In this document: positions 8,940 through 18,181 of the stretch, in pieces
Layout: each line of letters begins with the position of its first letter
Position numbering within the stretch: the first letter of the stretch is position 1
NCBI RefSeq assembly: GCF_003966335.1
Contig: NZ_CP034549.1
Location: 2,130,001-2,162,000, forward strand
DNA: 32,000 bases
Direction: 5' to 3'
From: Nonlabens ponticola
GTDB lineage: Bacteria; Bacteroidota; Bacteroidia; Flavobacteriales; Flavobacteriaceae
Notes under the pieces: generated by a model
Told to the model about the DNA's origin: nothing
Seen by the model: the letters and a program-made list of their open reading frames with translations, nothing else
Databases searched by the model: none
Made by a program: the position numbers and the translations under genes

Positions 8940-9980
8940 CTACTTCACATACTCGATCGTCTGCGATTCTGCGGTAGAAACTCGATCAAAGAAACCTTGC
9001 TCCTCCATCCATTGATCATTGTAAATCTTACTCATGTAACGTGAACCATGATCTGGGAATATGACTACCACGACAGAGTCTTTATCAAACATACCTTGCT
9101 TCTCTAATTGCTTAGTTGCTTGCATCGCCGCGCCACTGGTGTAGCCTACAAACATACCTTCGGTCTGTGAAATGCGGCGTGCCATGTGTGCTGCGTCCTC
9201 GTCTTTCACTTTGGTAAAGCTATCGATCACGTCAAAGTAGGTAGCCGTTGGTATCAAATTCTTTCCTAGACCTTCAATGCGGTATGGATAAATCTCGTCC
9301 TTATCAAATTCTTGCGTTTCATGATATTTTTTGAGAACACTACCATAGGCATCAACTCCAAGAATCTGAACATTTGGATTTTGTTCTTTGAGGTATTTTG
9401 CTGTTCCTGATATAGTACCGCCAGTACCACTACACGCTACAAGGTGTGTTATTTTACCTGCTGTTTGCTTCCATATTTCTGGACCAGTTGATAGATAATG
9501 AGCTTCTGTATTGAGCTCATTGAAATATTGATTGATATAGATACTATTCTTGATCTCGTTGTGTAGACGCTTGGCAACCTCATAATAACTACGTGGATCA
9601 TCTGCGCTCACGTGTGCTGGACACACATAAACTTTAGCGCCCATGGACTTGAGCATATCAATCTTGTCTGCACTAGATTTTGAACTTACCGCAAGAATAC
9701 AATCATAGCCCTTGATACGGCTTACCATCGCAATACTAAAACCAGTATTACCACTAGTGGTCTCGATTATGGTATCACCAGGCTTGAGAATTCCTTTCTT
9801 CTCTGCCTGCTCTATAATATGTAACGCGATGCGATCTTTGGATGAGTGTCCTGGATTAAATGCCTCAACTTTGGCATAATACGATCCTGGGAAATCTGCT
9901 ACGGTGCTTGAAAGTTTTACAAGTGGCGTCTCGCCTATTAATTCAAGAACATTATTGTAGGCCTGTATGTCTCCGTTCAT
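8940..9980 (-). CDS. Cysteine synthase / cystathionine beta-synthase family PLP enzyme without CBS-pair domains (possible cysteate synthase CapA-like)
   Basis: 346 aa. PLP-lysine motif NPGHSSKDR, asparagine loop TSGNTG, and glycine loop SGTGGTISG. The family call is firm. The specific reaction is inferred from context only. Confidence 0.85.
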   Translation of the reverse strand: MNGDIQAYNNVLELIGETPLVKLSSTVADFPGSYYAKVEAFNPGHSSKDRIALHIIEQAEKKGILKPGDTIIETTSGNTGFSIAMVSRIKGYDCILAVSSKSSADKIDMLKSMGAKVYVCPAHVSADDPRSYYEVAKRLHNEIKNSIYINQYFNELNTEAHYLSTGPEIWKQTAGKITHLVACSGTGGTISGTAKYLKEQNPNVQILGVDAYGSVLKKYHETQEFDKDEIYPYRIEGLGKNLIPTATYFDVIDSFTKVKDEDAAHMARRISQTEGMFVGYTSGAAMQATKQLEKQGMFDKDSVVVVIFPDHGSRYMSKIYNDQWMEEQGFFDRVSTAESQTIEYVK

Positions 9981-10042
9981 AAAGTTTGTTTATGCTTTGA
10001 CTTTAAAAAAGCGCAAAACGTGGCAAATTTACATAAAAATTA

Positions 10043-12094
10043 TCATCGCTCCTGATTCTCAAGATCTAGCAGGAAGGCAAACTCTAGCGCGACTTCTTTT
10101 AATGCGTCGTATCTACCAGAGGCACCGCTGTGTCCACTGGACATATCTGTTTTGAAAAGGATTTGTTGATCACCCGTATGATATTCACGCAAGCGAGCGA
10201 CCCATTTAGCTGGCTCCCAATATTGTACCTGACTATCATGGTAACCAGTGGTTACAAAGGTATTAGGATAAGACTGACTACTCACCTGATCATATGGCGA
10301 GTACGACAGCATGTACTCATAGCTGTCTTTATTATTAGGATTTCCCCATTCGTCATATTCACCTGTAGTTAGTGGTATCGTGTCGTCCAGCATAGTTGTC
10401 ACGACATCGACAAAAGGCACCGCAGCAAGGATACCGTTGTATAAATGCGGTGCCAGATTCATGATGGCACCCATTAACAATCCACCTGCAGATCCACCGC
10501 TGGCGTATAAGTGTCCCGCTTTCGCGAAAGCGTGATCCAACAAATATTCACTACAAGCAATAAAGTCGGTAAAGGTGTTGCGCTTCTCAAACATGCGGCC
10601 TTGCTCGTACCATTCACGGCCTAGATACTCGCCGCCACGCACATGGGCAATAGCAAAGACAAAACCGCGATCCAATAAACTAAGTCTAGAAATTGAGAAA
10701 TAAGGATCTATAGTCGATCCATAACTACCATAGCCGTACTGCAGTAATGGATTGCCATCTTCCTGCTTCAAGTCTTTTCTATATACCAGACTTATTGGGA
10801 TGCGCTTGCCATCACTCGCTGTTGCCCAAACTCGTTGGGAATCATAGTTGTTGGGATCAAAATCAGGATCCTCGATGGGTTGAGTTTTGAGAACTCGCTC
10901 CTCTTGAGTATCCATATTAAATTCCATAATTGATGGTGGCGTGGTGAGCGAATTGTAGGCATATCGCAGCCACACATTTTCAAATTGAAAATTGGCACTC
11001 GTATATGCAGTATAGGTTTCACTTGAAAAAGGTAAAAAATAATCCACCGTACCATCCCAAGCCTTGATTCGTATTCTATTGAGACCGTTAAATCGATCTG
11101 TAATCACCAGATACTTCTTGAAAATATCAATGTCTTCAAGAAGTGATTTAGGATCATGCGGTATGACGTCCACCCAATTTTCCATTTGTGGTGTCTCAAT
11201 CATGGTTTTCATTACCTTAAAATTGAAGGCTCCATCCTTATTAGTCATCATGTAAAAGGAGTCTTGATAATGAGAAACACTGTATTCCATTTCAGGCACT
11301 CTACTTTGTATGACCTTGAAGGTGCTGTCAGGTTTTGCGGCCTCAATGTATCTCACTTCATCACTCATAGTAGATGAAGACTTGATCATGATGTACTTCT
11401 CTGACATGGTTTTATAGACAAAGGAGCTGAAGGTTTCGTCCTTTTCTTCATACACTACGGAAGCACTATCTACTGGTTGACCCCATAAATAGCGGTAGAT
11501 TTTGTTTGCTCTTAAGGTTTGTGGATCCTTGCGAGCAAAGAACAAGGTCGCGTTATCATTTGCCCAGACAGAGCTGCCTGTAGTGCCAAGTACACATTCT
11601 TCCTTGATCTGGCCAGTAGAAAGGTCTTTCACAAATAAAGAATATTCCCTTCGGCCTATGCTGTCGACACCATAAGCCACCAAATTATTATTAGGTGAAA
11701 TGTTGAGGCCAACTAGTTTGTAGAATTCGTGGCCTTCAGCCATTTCATTGACATTGAACAGTAGTATATCTTCATCAGTACCATCCTTGCGTCGGTAATA
11801 GAATGGATAGGACTCGCCTTGTTCCATCTTAGTAAAATACCAGTAGCCATTGTATAAATAAGGAACAGACTGATCATCTTCCTTTATGCGTGCTTTGATT
11901 TCTTCAAAGAGACTGTTCTTGAGCTCTGTAGTGTGAGCAGTCATTTGCTCATAGTAATCATTTTCTTCTTCTAGATACTGGATTACCTCAGGAGCATCGC
12001 GATCACGCATCCAGTGATAAGGATCTATGCGTTCATGATCGTGTTTGCTGTGTACGTGATTGATTTTTTTAGCTACTGGTGGCTTGATAGACAT
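10043..12094 (-). CDS. ptrB: Oligopeptidase B / prolyl oligopeptidase family S9A serine peptidase
   Basis: N-terminal beta-propeller-type region and a C-terminal catalytic domain with GGSAGG (YASGGSAGGLLMG). ATG 12094 (MSIKPPVAKK) is preferred over the track start at 12139. Confidence 0.9.
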   Translation of the reverse strand: MSIKPPVAKKINHVHSKHDHERIDPYHWMRDRDAPEVIQYLEEENDYYEQMTAHTTELKNSLFEEIKARIKEDDQSVPYLYNGYWYFTKMEQGESYPFYYRRKDGTDEDILLFNVNEMAEGHEFYKLVGLNISPNNNLVAYGVDSIGRREYSLFVKDLSTGQIKEECVLGTTGSSVWANDNATLFFARKDPQTLRANKIYRYLWGQPVDSASVVYEEKDETFSSFVYKTMSEKYIMIKSSSTMSDEVRYIEAAKPDSTFKVIQSRVPEMEYSVSHYQDSFYMMTNKDGAFNFKVMKTMIETPQMENWVDVIPHDPKSLLEDIDIFKKYLVITDRFNGLNRIRIKAWDGTVDYFLPFSSETYTAYTSANFQFENVWLRYAYNSLTTPPSIMEFNMDTQEERVLKTQPIEDPDFDPNNYDSQRVWATASDGKRIPISLVYRKDLKQEDGNPLLQYGYGSYGSTIDPYFSISRLSLLDRGFVFAIAHVRGGEYLGREWYEQGRMFEKRNTFTDFIACSEYLLDHAFAKAGHLYASGGSAGGLLMGAIMNLAPHLYNGILAAVPFVDVVTTMLDDTIPLTTGEYDEWGNPNNKDSYEYMLSYSPYDQVSSQSYPNTFVTTGYHDSQVQYWEPAKWVARLREYHTGDQQILFKTDMSSGHSGASGRYDALKEVALEFAFLLDLENQER
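10518..10531. repeat. Iterated palindrome GCTTTCGCGAAAGC, exact copy (inside ptrB)
   Basis: Exact 14-mer. It encodes AFAKA in DHAFAKAGHLYASGGSAGG, just upstream of the catalytic serine motif. Confidence 0.95.
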
Positions 12095-12166
12095 AGGGAA
12101 TTTTACAGAATAAAAAGGCTGCAAGATAATCAACAGCACGCAGGTATATCAATTGCAGGGAACTCG

Positions 12167-12174
12167 TATTTTTG
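12167..12174 (+). promoter_or_regulatory. Candidate -7 promoter box (TAnnTTTG) for ybaB
   Basis: TATTTTTG is an exact consensus match, 25 nt upstream of the ATG at 12200. Confidence 0.4.
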
Positions 12175-12199
12175 TAGTACAATTTAAAAAGAGCAGAAT

Positions 12200-12523
12200 A
12201 TGTTTGGCGATATGATGGGCATGATGGGAAAACTTAAAGAAACCCAGAAAAAGGTTGAAGAAACTAAAAACAGAATGACTACAGTCCTTATCGATGAGAA
12301 GTCTAGTGATGACCTTCTTAACGTGACAGTAACCGCAGATAGATCGATAAAGAAAATCGATATTGCAGATGAGCTGCTTGCTGATAAAGAACAACTTGAG
12401 GACTATCTAATAGTAACGCTCAACAAGGCCTTGTCAAGAGCTAGTGACATTTATGACAAAGAGGTCGCTGCTGTTGCCAGTGAAGGAATGCCTAACATTC
12501 CAGGTATGGACATGTTTAAATAG
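12200..12523 (+). CDS. ybaB: YbaB/EbfC family nucleoid-associated DNA-binding protein
   Basis: 107 aa. Typical N-terminus [21 protein letters not shown] and central [16 protein letters not shown]...[13 protein letters not shown]. Confidence 0.85.
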   Translation: MFGDMMGMMGKLKETQKKVEETKNRMTTVLIDEKSSDDLLNVTVTADRSIKKIDIADELLADKEQLEDYLIVTLNKALSRASDIYDKEVAAVASEGMPNIPGMDMFK

Positions 12524-12623
12524 TGGATTAGTGGATTAGTGGATTAGTGGATTAGTGGATTAGTGGATTAGTGGATTAGTGGATTAGTGGATTAGTGGAT
12601 TAGTGGATTAGTGGATTAGTGGA
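12521..12623. repeat. Perfect tandem repeat, 8-bp unit TAGTGGAT x ~12.9
   Basis: 103 bp of uninterrupted TAGTGGAT units counted by hand. The first TAG is the ybaB stop codon. The unit places stops in all six frames. Confidence 0.95.
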
Positions 12624-12702
12624 AGTTGAAATTTTGAGCTGAATCGAGAGATATTCTAAGGTATTTTCAAATTAAAATCAAACATTGCATTCCGATTCAA
12701 GT

Positions 12703-13716
12703 TCAATTACCAAATTCACTCATCAACCTCATAAACTCATCATGCTGCTCATCGGTATAATCTAGATGCGTTACTAGTCTCAACTTACCAGAACCCATAT
12801 TACTGATGATGATATCATTTTTGGCGCAAAAATTCATCACGGCAATCTCGTCCTGAACCTCAAAGATCACTATGTTGGTTTCTACTGGTTCTACTTTTTC
12901 CACCCATGACAACGTGGACAAAAATGTGCCTAATGCTATTGCTTTATCGTGATCCTGTTTAAGCCTATCTATATTATGATCTAGTGCATAAATCGCCGCA
13001 GCCGCCATGTAGCCTGTCTGGCGCATGCCACCGCCCAAGACTTTGCGCACGCGCATCGCTTTTTTCATGATCTCAGCTTTTCCTGCAAGCACAGTGCCTT
13101 GTGGCGTTCCCATTCCTTTTGAGAAACAAACGGAAACTGTGTCAAATATTTCGCCGTATTCCGTAGGATTTTGACCTGTTTTGACTAGTGCATTCCACAA
13201 TCTAGCGCCATCCAGGTGTAATCCCAACTCGTGCTCATCGGCAACCTCTTTGATCTCTTTTACAATATTCCAGTTATAACAAGCGCCGCCACCTTTATTG
13301 GTCGTGTTTTCTAAACAGACAAGACTGGTGAATGGACTGTGATAGAAATCTGGTGGGTTGATCGCATCCTCAACCTGCTGTGCGGTAATCATACCTCTAG
13401 AACCGTCGACTAGTTTACAGGAAACACCACTATTGAAAGACACGCCACCACCTTCATAATTATAGACGTGCGCGTACTTATCACATATCAATTGCTCGCC
13501 AGGTTGCGTGTGCATCTTGATCGCGGCCTGATTTGCCATGCTACCTGTAGGGAAAAAGAGCGCGTCATCCATCCCAAACATTTCGGCAACGCGACGTTCA
13601 AGCTCATTGACGGTAGGATCTTCCTTATATACGTCATCGCCAACTTCGGCATTGAACATGGCATCCAGCATGCCTTTGCTAGGCTTCGTTACCGTGTCAC
13701 TTCTTAAATCAATCAT
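12703..13716 (-). CDS. ltaE: Low-specificity L-threonine aldolase
   Basis: N-terminal MIDLRSDTVTKPS motif and PLP-lysine context SVCFSKGMGTP. ATG 13716 is preferred over the track start at 13752. Confidence 0.88.
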   Translation of the reverse strand: MIDLRSDTVTKPSKGMLDAMFNAEVGDDVYKEDPTVNELERRVAEMFGMDDALFFPTGSMANQAAIKMHTQPGEQLICDKYAHVYNYEGGGVSFNSGVSCKLVDGSRGMITAQQVEDAINPPDFYHSPFTSLVCLENTTNKGGGACYNWNIVKEIKEVADEHELGLHLDGARLWNALVKTGQNPTEYGEIFDTVSVCFSKGMGTPQGTVLAGKAEIMKKAMRVRKVLGGGMRQTGYMAAAAIYALDHNIDRLKQDHDKAIALGTFLSTLSWVEKVEPVETNIVIFEVQDEIAVMNFCAKNDIIISNMGSGKLRLVTHLDYTDEQHDEFMRLMSEFGN

Positions 13717-13720
13717 AGTA

Positions 13721-13728
13721 TATATTTG
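13721..13728 (+). promoter_or_regulatory. Candidate distal -7 box (TAnnTTTG) reading toward prfB
   Basis: TATATTTG on the plus strand, 155 nt upstream of the prfB ATG. If used, palindrome copy 13772-13785 would lie in the 5' UTR. A weaker box, TATTTTTA, lies at 13856-13863. Confidence 0.25.
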
Positions 13729-13771
13729 CGATGATGGTGTTGGATTACGCACTTGAGTTAGCTCTGCACAC

Positions 13772-13785
13772 GCTTTCGCGAAAGC
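13772..13785. repeat. Iterated palindrome GCTTTCGCGAAAGC, exact copy (intergenic)
   Basis: Exact 14-mer in the divergent ltaE / prfB intergenic region. Confidence 0.95.
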
Positions 13786-13883
13786 GGTACAACCACAAAT
13801 CTAATAAACTATTCTAAAGCACCATTGCTTCTAGAAAGTTCCCTGCAAATAGCCGTATTTTTACCATCCAAAATTGTCCATTT

Positions 13884-14990
13884 ATGATCACAGCAGACCA
13901 AGTAGCGCAACTCAAAGAACGTATCCTTGCGCTCAAGGATTATCTGCAAATTGAAGCTAAGGAGATCGAAATCAGAAATCTAGAGGAAAAAACCTTCTCG
14001 CCAGACTTCTGGAACGATTCCAAAGAAGCTGAAGGAATAATGAAAGTCTTGCGTAATAAAAAGGCGTGGACAACTGACTATGCAACCGCCATCACTCTCA
14101 ATGAAGATCTAGAAGTGCTCTACGAATTCTTTAAAGAGGATGAGGCGACCGAGGCTGATGTGACCAACAAGTACAACGCCGCACTGGAACTTGTGGAAAA
14201 GCTTGAGTTCAAGAACATGCTTTCAAATGAAGGCGATGATTTAAGTGCTGTCCTTCAAATTACTGCTGGCGCTGGTGGTACCGAGTCATGCGATTGGGCA
14301 GAAATGCTCATGCGCATGTACATCATGTGGGCAGAGAAAAGTGGTTATAAGGTAAAAGAATTAAACCATCAATCTGGTGATGTAGCTGGTATTAAGACCG
14401 TGACACTAGAAATTGAGGGCGATTATAGTTTTGGTTGGTTAAAAGGCGAGAACGGTGTTCATAGATTGGTGCGTATTTCTCCGTTTGATTCAAATGCAAA
14501 ACGTCATACATCCTTTGCATCAGTATACGTATATCCACTAGCAGATGATACGATTGAAATTGACATCAATCCAGCAGATATCTCATGGGATTTTGCTAGA
14601 TCCAGCGGCGCTGGTGGACAAAATGTCAATAAAGTTGAAACTAAAGCCATACTAACGCACCATCCTTCAGGCATTATCATTCATAATTCTGAAACGCGAT
14701 CGCAACTTGAAAATCGTGAAAAAGCCATGCAGATGTTGAAGTCACAATTGTATGAAATTGAGTTGCAAAAGAAGAATGCCGCTCGTGATGAGATTGAGGC
14801 CGGCAAGATGAAAATTGAATGGGGTTCTCAAATACGCAATTATGTTCTACATCCTTACAAATTGATCAAGGATGTAAGAACAGCACATGAGACTGGTAAT
14901 GTAGATGCTGTACTTAACGGCGATCTTGACGCTTTCTTGAAGGCTTTCCTTATGGAGTCTGGACAAGAAAAACCTAGTGACCAATTGTAG
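13884..14990 (+). CDS. prfB: Peptide chain release factor 2
   Basis: 368 aa in one uninterrupted frame. SPF tripeptide (RISPFDS) and GGQ (SSGAGGQNVNK). Confidence 0.95.
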   Translation: MITADQVAQLKERILALKDYLQIEAKEIEIRNLEEKTFSPDFWNDSKEAEGIMKVLRNKKAWTTDYATAITLNEDLEVLYEFFKEDEATEADVTNKYNAALELVEKLEFKNMLSNEGDDLSAVLQITAGAGGTESCDWAEMLMRMYIMWAEKSGYKVKELNHQSGDVAGIKTVTLEIEGDYSFGWLKGENGVHRLVRISPFDSNAKRHTSFASVYVYPLADDTIEIDINPADISWDFARSSGAGGQNVNKVETKAILTHHPSGIIIHNSETRSQLENREKAMQMLKSQLYEIELQKKNAARDEIEAGKMKIEWGSQIRNYVLHPYKLIKDVRTAHETGNVDAVLNGDLDAFLKAFLMESGQEKPSDQL

Positions 14991-15091
14991 GTATGTTGTG
15001 GTCGTGTATAGGTCATATTAACTTAGGATTGGCATTCTTGCATTGAACCTGTAGATAGCTTCGTGGTCTTAATGACTTACTTCTATCTATT

Positions 15092-17545
15092 ATGAAAATT
15101 ATCATTTCCAGCGTATTTCTTTTAGTTTGTCTTAATAGTCTAGCGCAAAAACCGGTAGAAATTAAGGGGAAAGTTATTGAGGAAACGACTGGAGCGCCGT
15201 TAGAATTTGCAACAGTTTCATTTGCTAGCAACGATCCTGATGTATCACCGCAAGGTGGTATTACAGATATTGATGGTAATTATCAATTTCTTGTTACCCC
15301 AGGAACATATACAGTCAAATGGGAGTTCATATCCTTTAAATCAAAATCTCAAGAGAATGTAATTATTAATGCTGATAGAGACTTCGGCATCACAACTCTT
15401 GCACAAGACATTGCTACTCTAGATGCAACAGTGGTCATTGCAGAAAAGACTACCGTTGACTTGAGATTGGATAAGAAGATTTATAACATAGGCAAAGACC
15501 TGACCGTGCGAGGCGGCACCGCAAGTGATGTTTTAGATAATGTACCATCCGTTTCAGTCGATGTTGAAGGTAATGTAGCATTGAGAGGAAATGATAACGT
15601 TAGGATATTAATTGATGGAAGACCTAGCGCTCTAGTAGGCTTTAATGGTGCTGAAGCCTTGAGACAAATACCGTCTGAAGCCATTGAGAAAATAGAGGTA
15701 ATCACATCGCCTAGCGCAAGATATGATGCCGAAGGTACTGCTGGTATCCTCAATATCATTCTACGCAAGAATAGATTACAGGGTTTTAATGGCGTACTTA
15801 ATTTGAATGCTGGTTATCCAGAGCAATATGGTGCTTCAATCAATGCTAATTATCGCACACAAAATTGGAATTTCTTTTCTAATACGGGTTATAATTATCG
15901 CACGTCACCGGGAAATGCTTCTTCTCAAACTGAGTTTTTCAATGGGACGTCTGAGAATGTATTTATAAATGAGCAGCGTGATTTTGATCGATTAGGTAGA
16001 AATTATTTTACCAGTTTAGGTGCCGAGTATTTTATAGATGACAGCAGTAGCATTATCGGTAATATTGTTTATCGATTAGGAAATGACGATGATGTTACCA
16101 CGAACAATATCCAGCGATTTGCAGCAGACCGTAGTTTGAATGAGGCAACTTTTAGAGAGGAACAAGAAGGTGAAGATGAAGATAGCTTTCAGATAAGCTT
16201 TGATTATCAAAATGAATTAGATGATAATGGTCAAAAATTACAGGCCAGCATTCAATATTCTACTGATCTTGAAGAAAAGGTTTCAAACATTTTTGAACGT
16301 GAGACTACCACTAATACTATTAATGATGTTGAATTTGTCTTTGAAGAACAAGATGAGCGCGAGGCACTAATTCAAGTTGATTGGGAGAAACCTGTAGGTG
16401 AAAATATCCAATACGAGGCTGGTTATAGAGGTAATTACCGTCAGATCTCTAACAGTTTTTTTCTATCAGAAATCCCACAGGATTCATTACCCAATGGTGC
16501 ATTAGTCCCAGATGCTGGTTTGAACAATACGTTTGTCTATGAAGAATTTGTAAACGCTGCCTATGGGCAATATGGTCAAGAATTTGGTGATTTTTCAGTT
16601 CTTGCTGGATTAAGATTTGAGCAAACTAATATCAATATAGATCAAGAAACTACAAATGTTACCGACACTAAAGAGTATAGCAGCCTATTCCCTACTTTGA
16701 ATTTAGGATATGAATTTCAAGAAGGAGAGAATATTACGTTGGGCTATAACCGTAGGATAAGCAGACCACGTGGTAGATCTCTTAATCCATTTCCTAGTAG
16801 ATCTAGTGAGTCTAATATTTTTCAAGGAAACATTGACCTTGACCCTACTTTTAGCAATGCTGTTGATCTAGGATACCTAAGACGCTGGAAAAAATTGACT
16901 CTAAGTACTTCTATTTACTACAATCGCAGTGATGATAATGTCGAGCGTATACAACAAGAAGTTTTGAACGATGATGGTACCGCTGCATTAACAGACAATG
17001 GTGATCAAATCATCAGACGATTTCCAGTAAACCTATCGACACAAGATAGATTGGGTTATGAACTTACCTTGACCTACAGACCATTTGATTGGTGGACCAT
17101 CAATGCAGATGCAAACGTTTTTAGGGTTACCACAGATGGAGATTTTGATGGTCAAAATTTTGACTTTGAAAACACCACCTATTTTGCGAGACTCAATCAA
17201 AAGTTTGAATTGCCATTTAAAACTGATTTTCAAGCTAGAATCTTTTATCGCGGCGCATCTGAAGACGCACAAGGAACGCAAAATGGTATCGCTACAGTAA
17301 ATCTAGCGGCTAGCAAGGATATTATTAATGACAAGGCATCGATTACCTTTAATGTAAGTGATTTATTCAACTCTAGACGTCGTGAATCTACAACGATTAC
17401 ACCCAACTTTATTCAAGACAGCGAGTTTCAATGGCGCGAGCGACAATTCACGGTAGCATTTATCTATCGCTTTAACCAGAAAAAGCAGCGAGAGCGCGGC
17501 GATCGCCGTGGCGACGGTGATGACGATTTTGAATTTGAGGGTTGA
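15092..17545 (+). CDS. TonB-dependent receptor-like outer membrane beta-barrel with N-terminal CarboxypepD_reg-like domain
   Basis: 817 aa. Signal peptide, IKGKVIEETTGAPLEFATVSF (carboxypeptidase-regulatory fold), a plug-like segment DVLDNVPSVSVDVEGNVALRGNDNVRILIDGRPS, and a long alternating beta-strand region. Confidence 0.85.
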   Translation: MKIIISSVFLLVCLNSLAQKPVEIKGKVIEETTGAPLEFATVSFASNDPDVSPQGGITDIDGNYQFLVTPGTYTVKWEFISFKSKSQENVIINADRDFGITTLAQDIATLDATVVIAEKTTVDLRLDKKIYNIGKDLTVRGGTASDVLDNVPSVSVDVEGNVALRGNDNVRILIDGRPSALVGFNGAEALRQIPSEAIEKIEVITSPSARYDAEGTAGILNIILRKNRLQGFNGVLNLNAGYPEQYGASINANYRTQNWNFFSNTGYNYRTSPGNASSQTEFFNGTSENVFINEQRDFDRLGRNYFTSLGAEYFIDDSSSIIGNIVYRLGNDDDVTTNNIQRFAADRSLNEATFREEQEGEDEDSFQISFDYQNELDDNGQKLQASIQYSTDLEEKVSNIFERETTTNTINDVEFVFEEQDEREALIQVDWEKPVGENIQYEAGYRGNYRQISNSFFLSEIPQDSLPNGALVPDAGLNNTFVYEEFVNAAYGQYGQEFGDFSVLAGLRFEQTNINIDQETTNVTDTKEYSSLFPTLNLGYEFQEGENITLGYNRRISRPRGRSLNPFPSRSSESNIFQGNIDLDPTFSNAVDLGYLRRWKKLTLSTSIYYNRSDDNVERIQQEVLNDDGTAALTDNGDQIIRRFPVNLSTQDRLGYELTLTYRPFDWWTINADANVFRVTTDGDFDGQNFDFENTTYFARLNQKFELPFKTDFQARIFYRGASEDAQGTQNGIATVNLAASKDIINDKASITFNVSDLFNSRRRESTTITPNFIQDSEFQWRERQFTVAFIYRFNQKKQRERGDRRGDGDDDFEFEG

Positions 17546-17638
17546 TAAATTGTAAGAAACAACTCAACTAATTCTTAACATATAATACAGAATCCTTGAC
17601 TTTACATAGATGCATATTTGTCTAAACAAATTATCATT

Positions 17639-18130
17639 ATGAAAAAAATTCTTTTAACTCTCGTTGTAGCACTAGGTGCAGTAACGATCTCTCAAGCTCA
17701 AGAAATTTCTAAAAATGCTATCGGTCTTAGATTTGGTGATGGTGATGGTCTAGGTACTGAAATTAGTTACCAGCGCGGTCTGGGCGATAACAATCGTCTT
17801 GAGCTGGACTTAGGTTATGAAAACAACGATAGATTTGACGCTTTTAAACTTACTGGGGTATACCAGTGGTTATGGAACATCGACGGCGGTTTTAATTGGT
17901 ATGCTGGTGTAGGTGGTGGTTTAGGAAGCATTGATATCGATGATGACTTTAGAGGTCGTGATGACGATGACGATGAATTCTTCTTACTGGCTGCTGGACA
18001 GGTAGGTATCGAGTATAACTTTGATATTCCGCTTTTAATATCACTTGATATAAGACCAGAGTTTTATTTCAACGATTTTAGAGATGATACTGAGATTGAT
18101 ATTGCACTAGGTGTGCGTTACCAATTCTAA
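17639..18130 (+). CDS. Small outer membrane beta-barrel protein (OmpA/OmpW-like porin-family fold)
   Basis: Signal peptide MKKILLTLVVALGAVTISQAQE, alternating aromatic/Gly strands, and a C-terminal GVRYQF beta-signal. ATG 17639 is preferred over the TTG at 17618. Confidence 0.7.
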   Translation: MKKILLTLVVALGAVTISQAQEISKNAIGLRFGDGDGLGTEISYQRGLGDNNRLELDLGYENNDRFDAFKLTGVYQWLWNIDGGFNWYAGVGGGLGSIDIDDDFRGRDDDDDEFFLLAAGQVGIEYNFDIPLLISLDIRPEFYFNDFRDDTEIDIALGVRYQF

Positions 18131-18150
18131 TCTTGTAATATGACAAATTA

Positions 18151-18178
18151 AAAAGGGAGCCAATTGGCTCCCTTTTTT
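18151..18178. terminator. Bidirectional rho-independent terminator
   Basis: AAAA, then the perfect 18-nt palindrome GGGAGCCAATTGGCTCCC (18155-18172), then TTTTTT. It lies between convergent 3' ends at 18130 (+) and 18182 (-). Confidence 0.8.
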
Positions 18179-18181
18179 GGT

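Noticed and set aside
12521-12623. Could the tandem array be a CRISPR array or a coding repeat?
   Set aside because: The units are contiguous with no spacers. The 8-bp period places stop codons in all six frames. No cas genes are present.
13884-14990. Expected programmed +1 frameshift site in prfB (as in E. coli, CUU UGA C near codon 26)
   Set aside because: The whole RF2 reads in one uninterrupted frame from ATG 13884 (…LKDYLQIEAKE…) with no in-frame UGA. No frameshift is present or needed.
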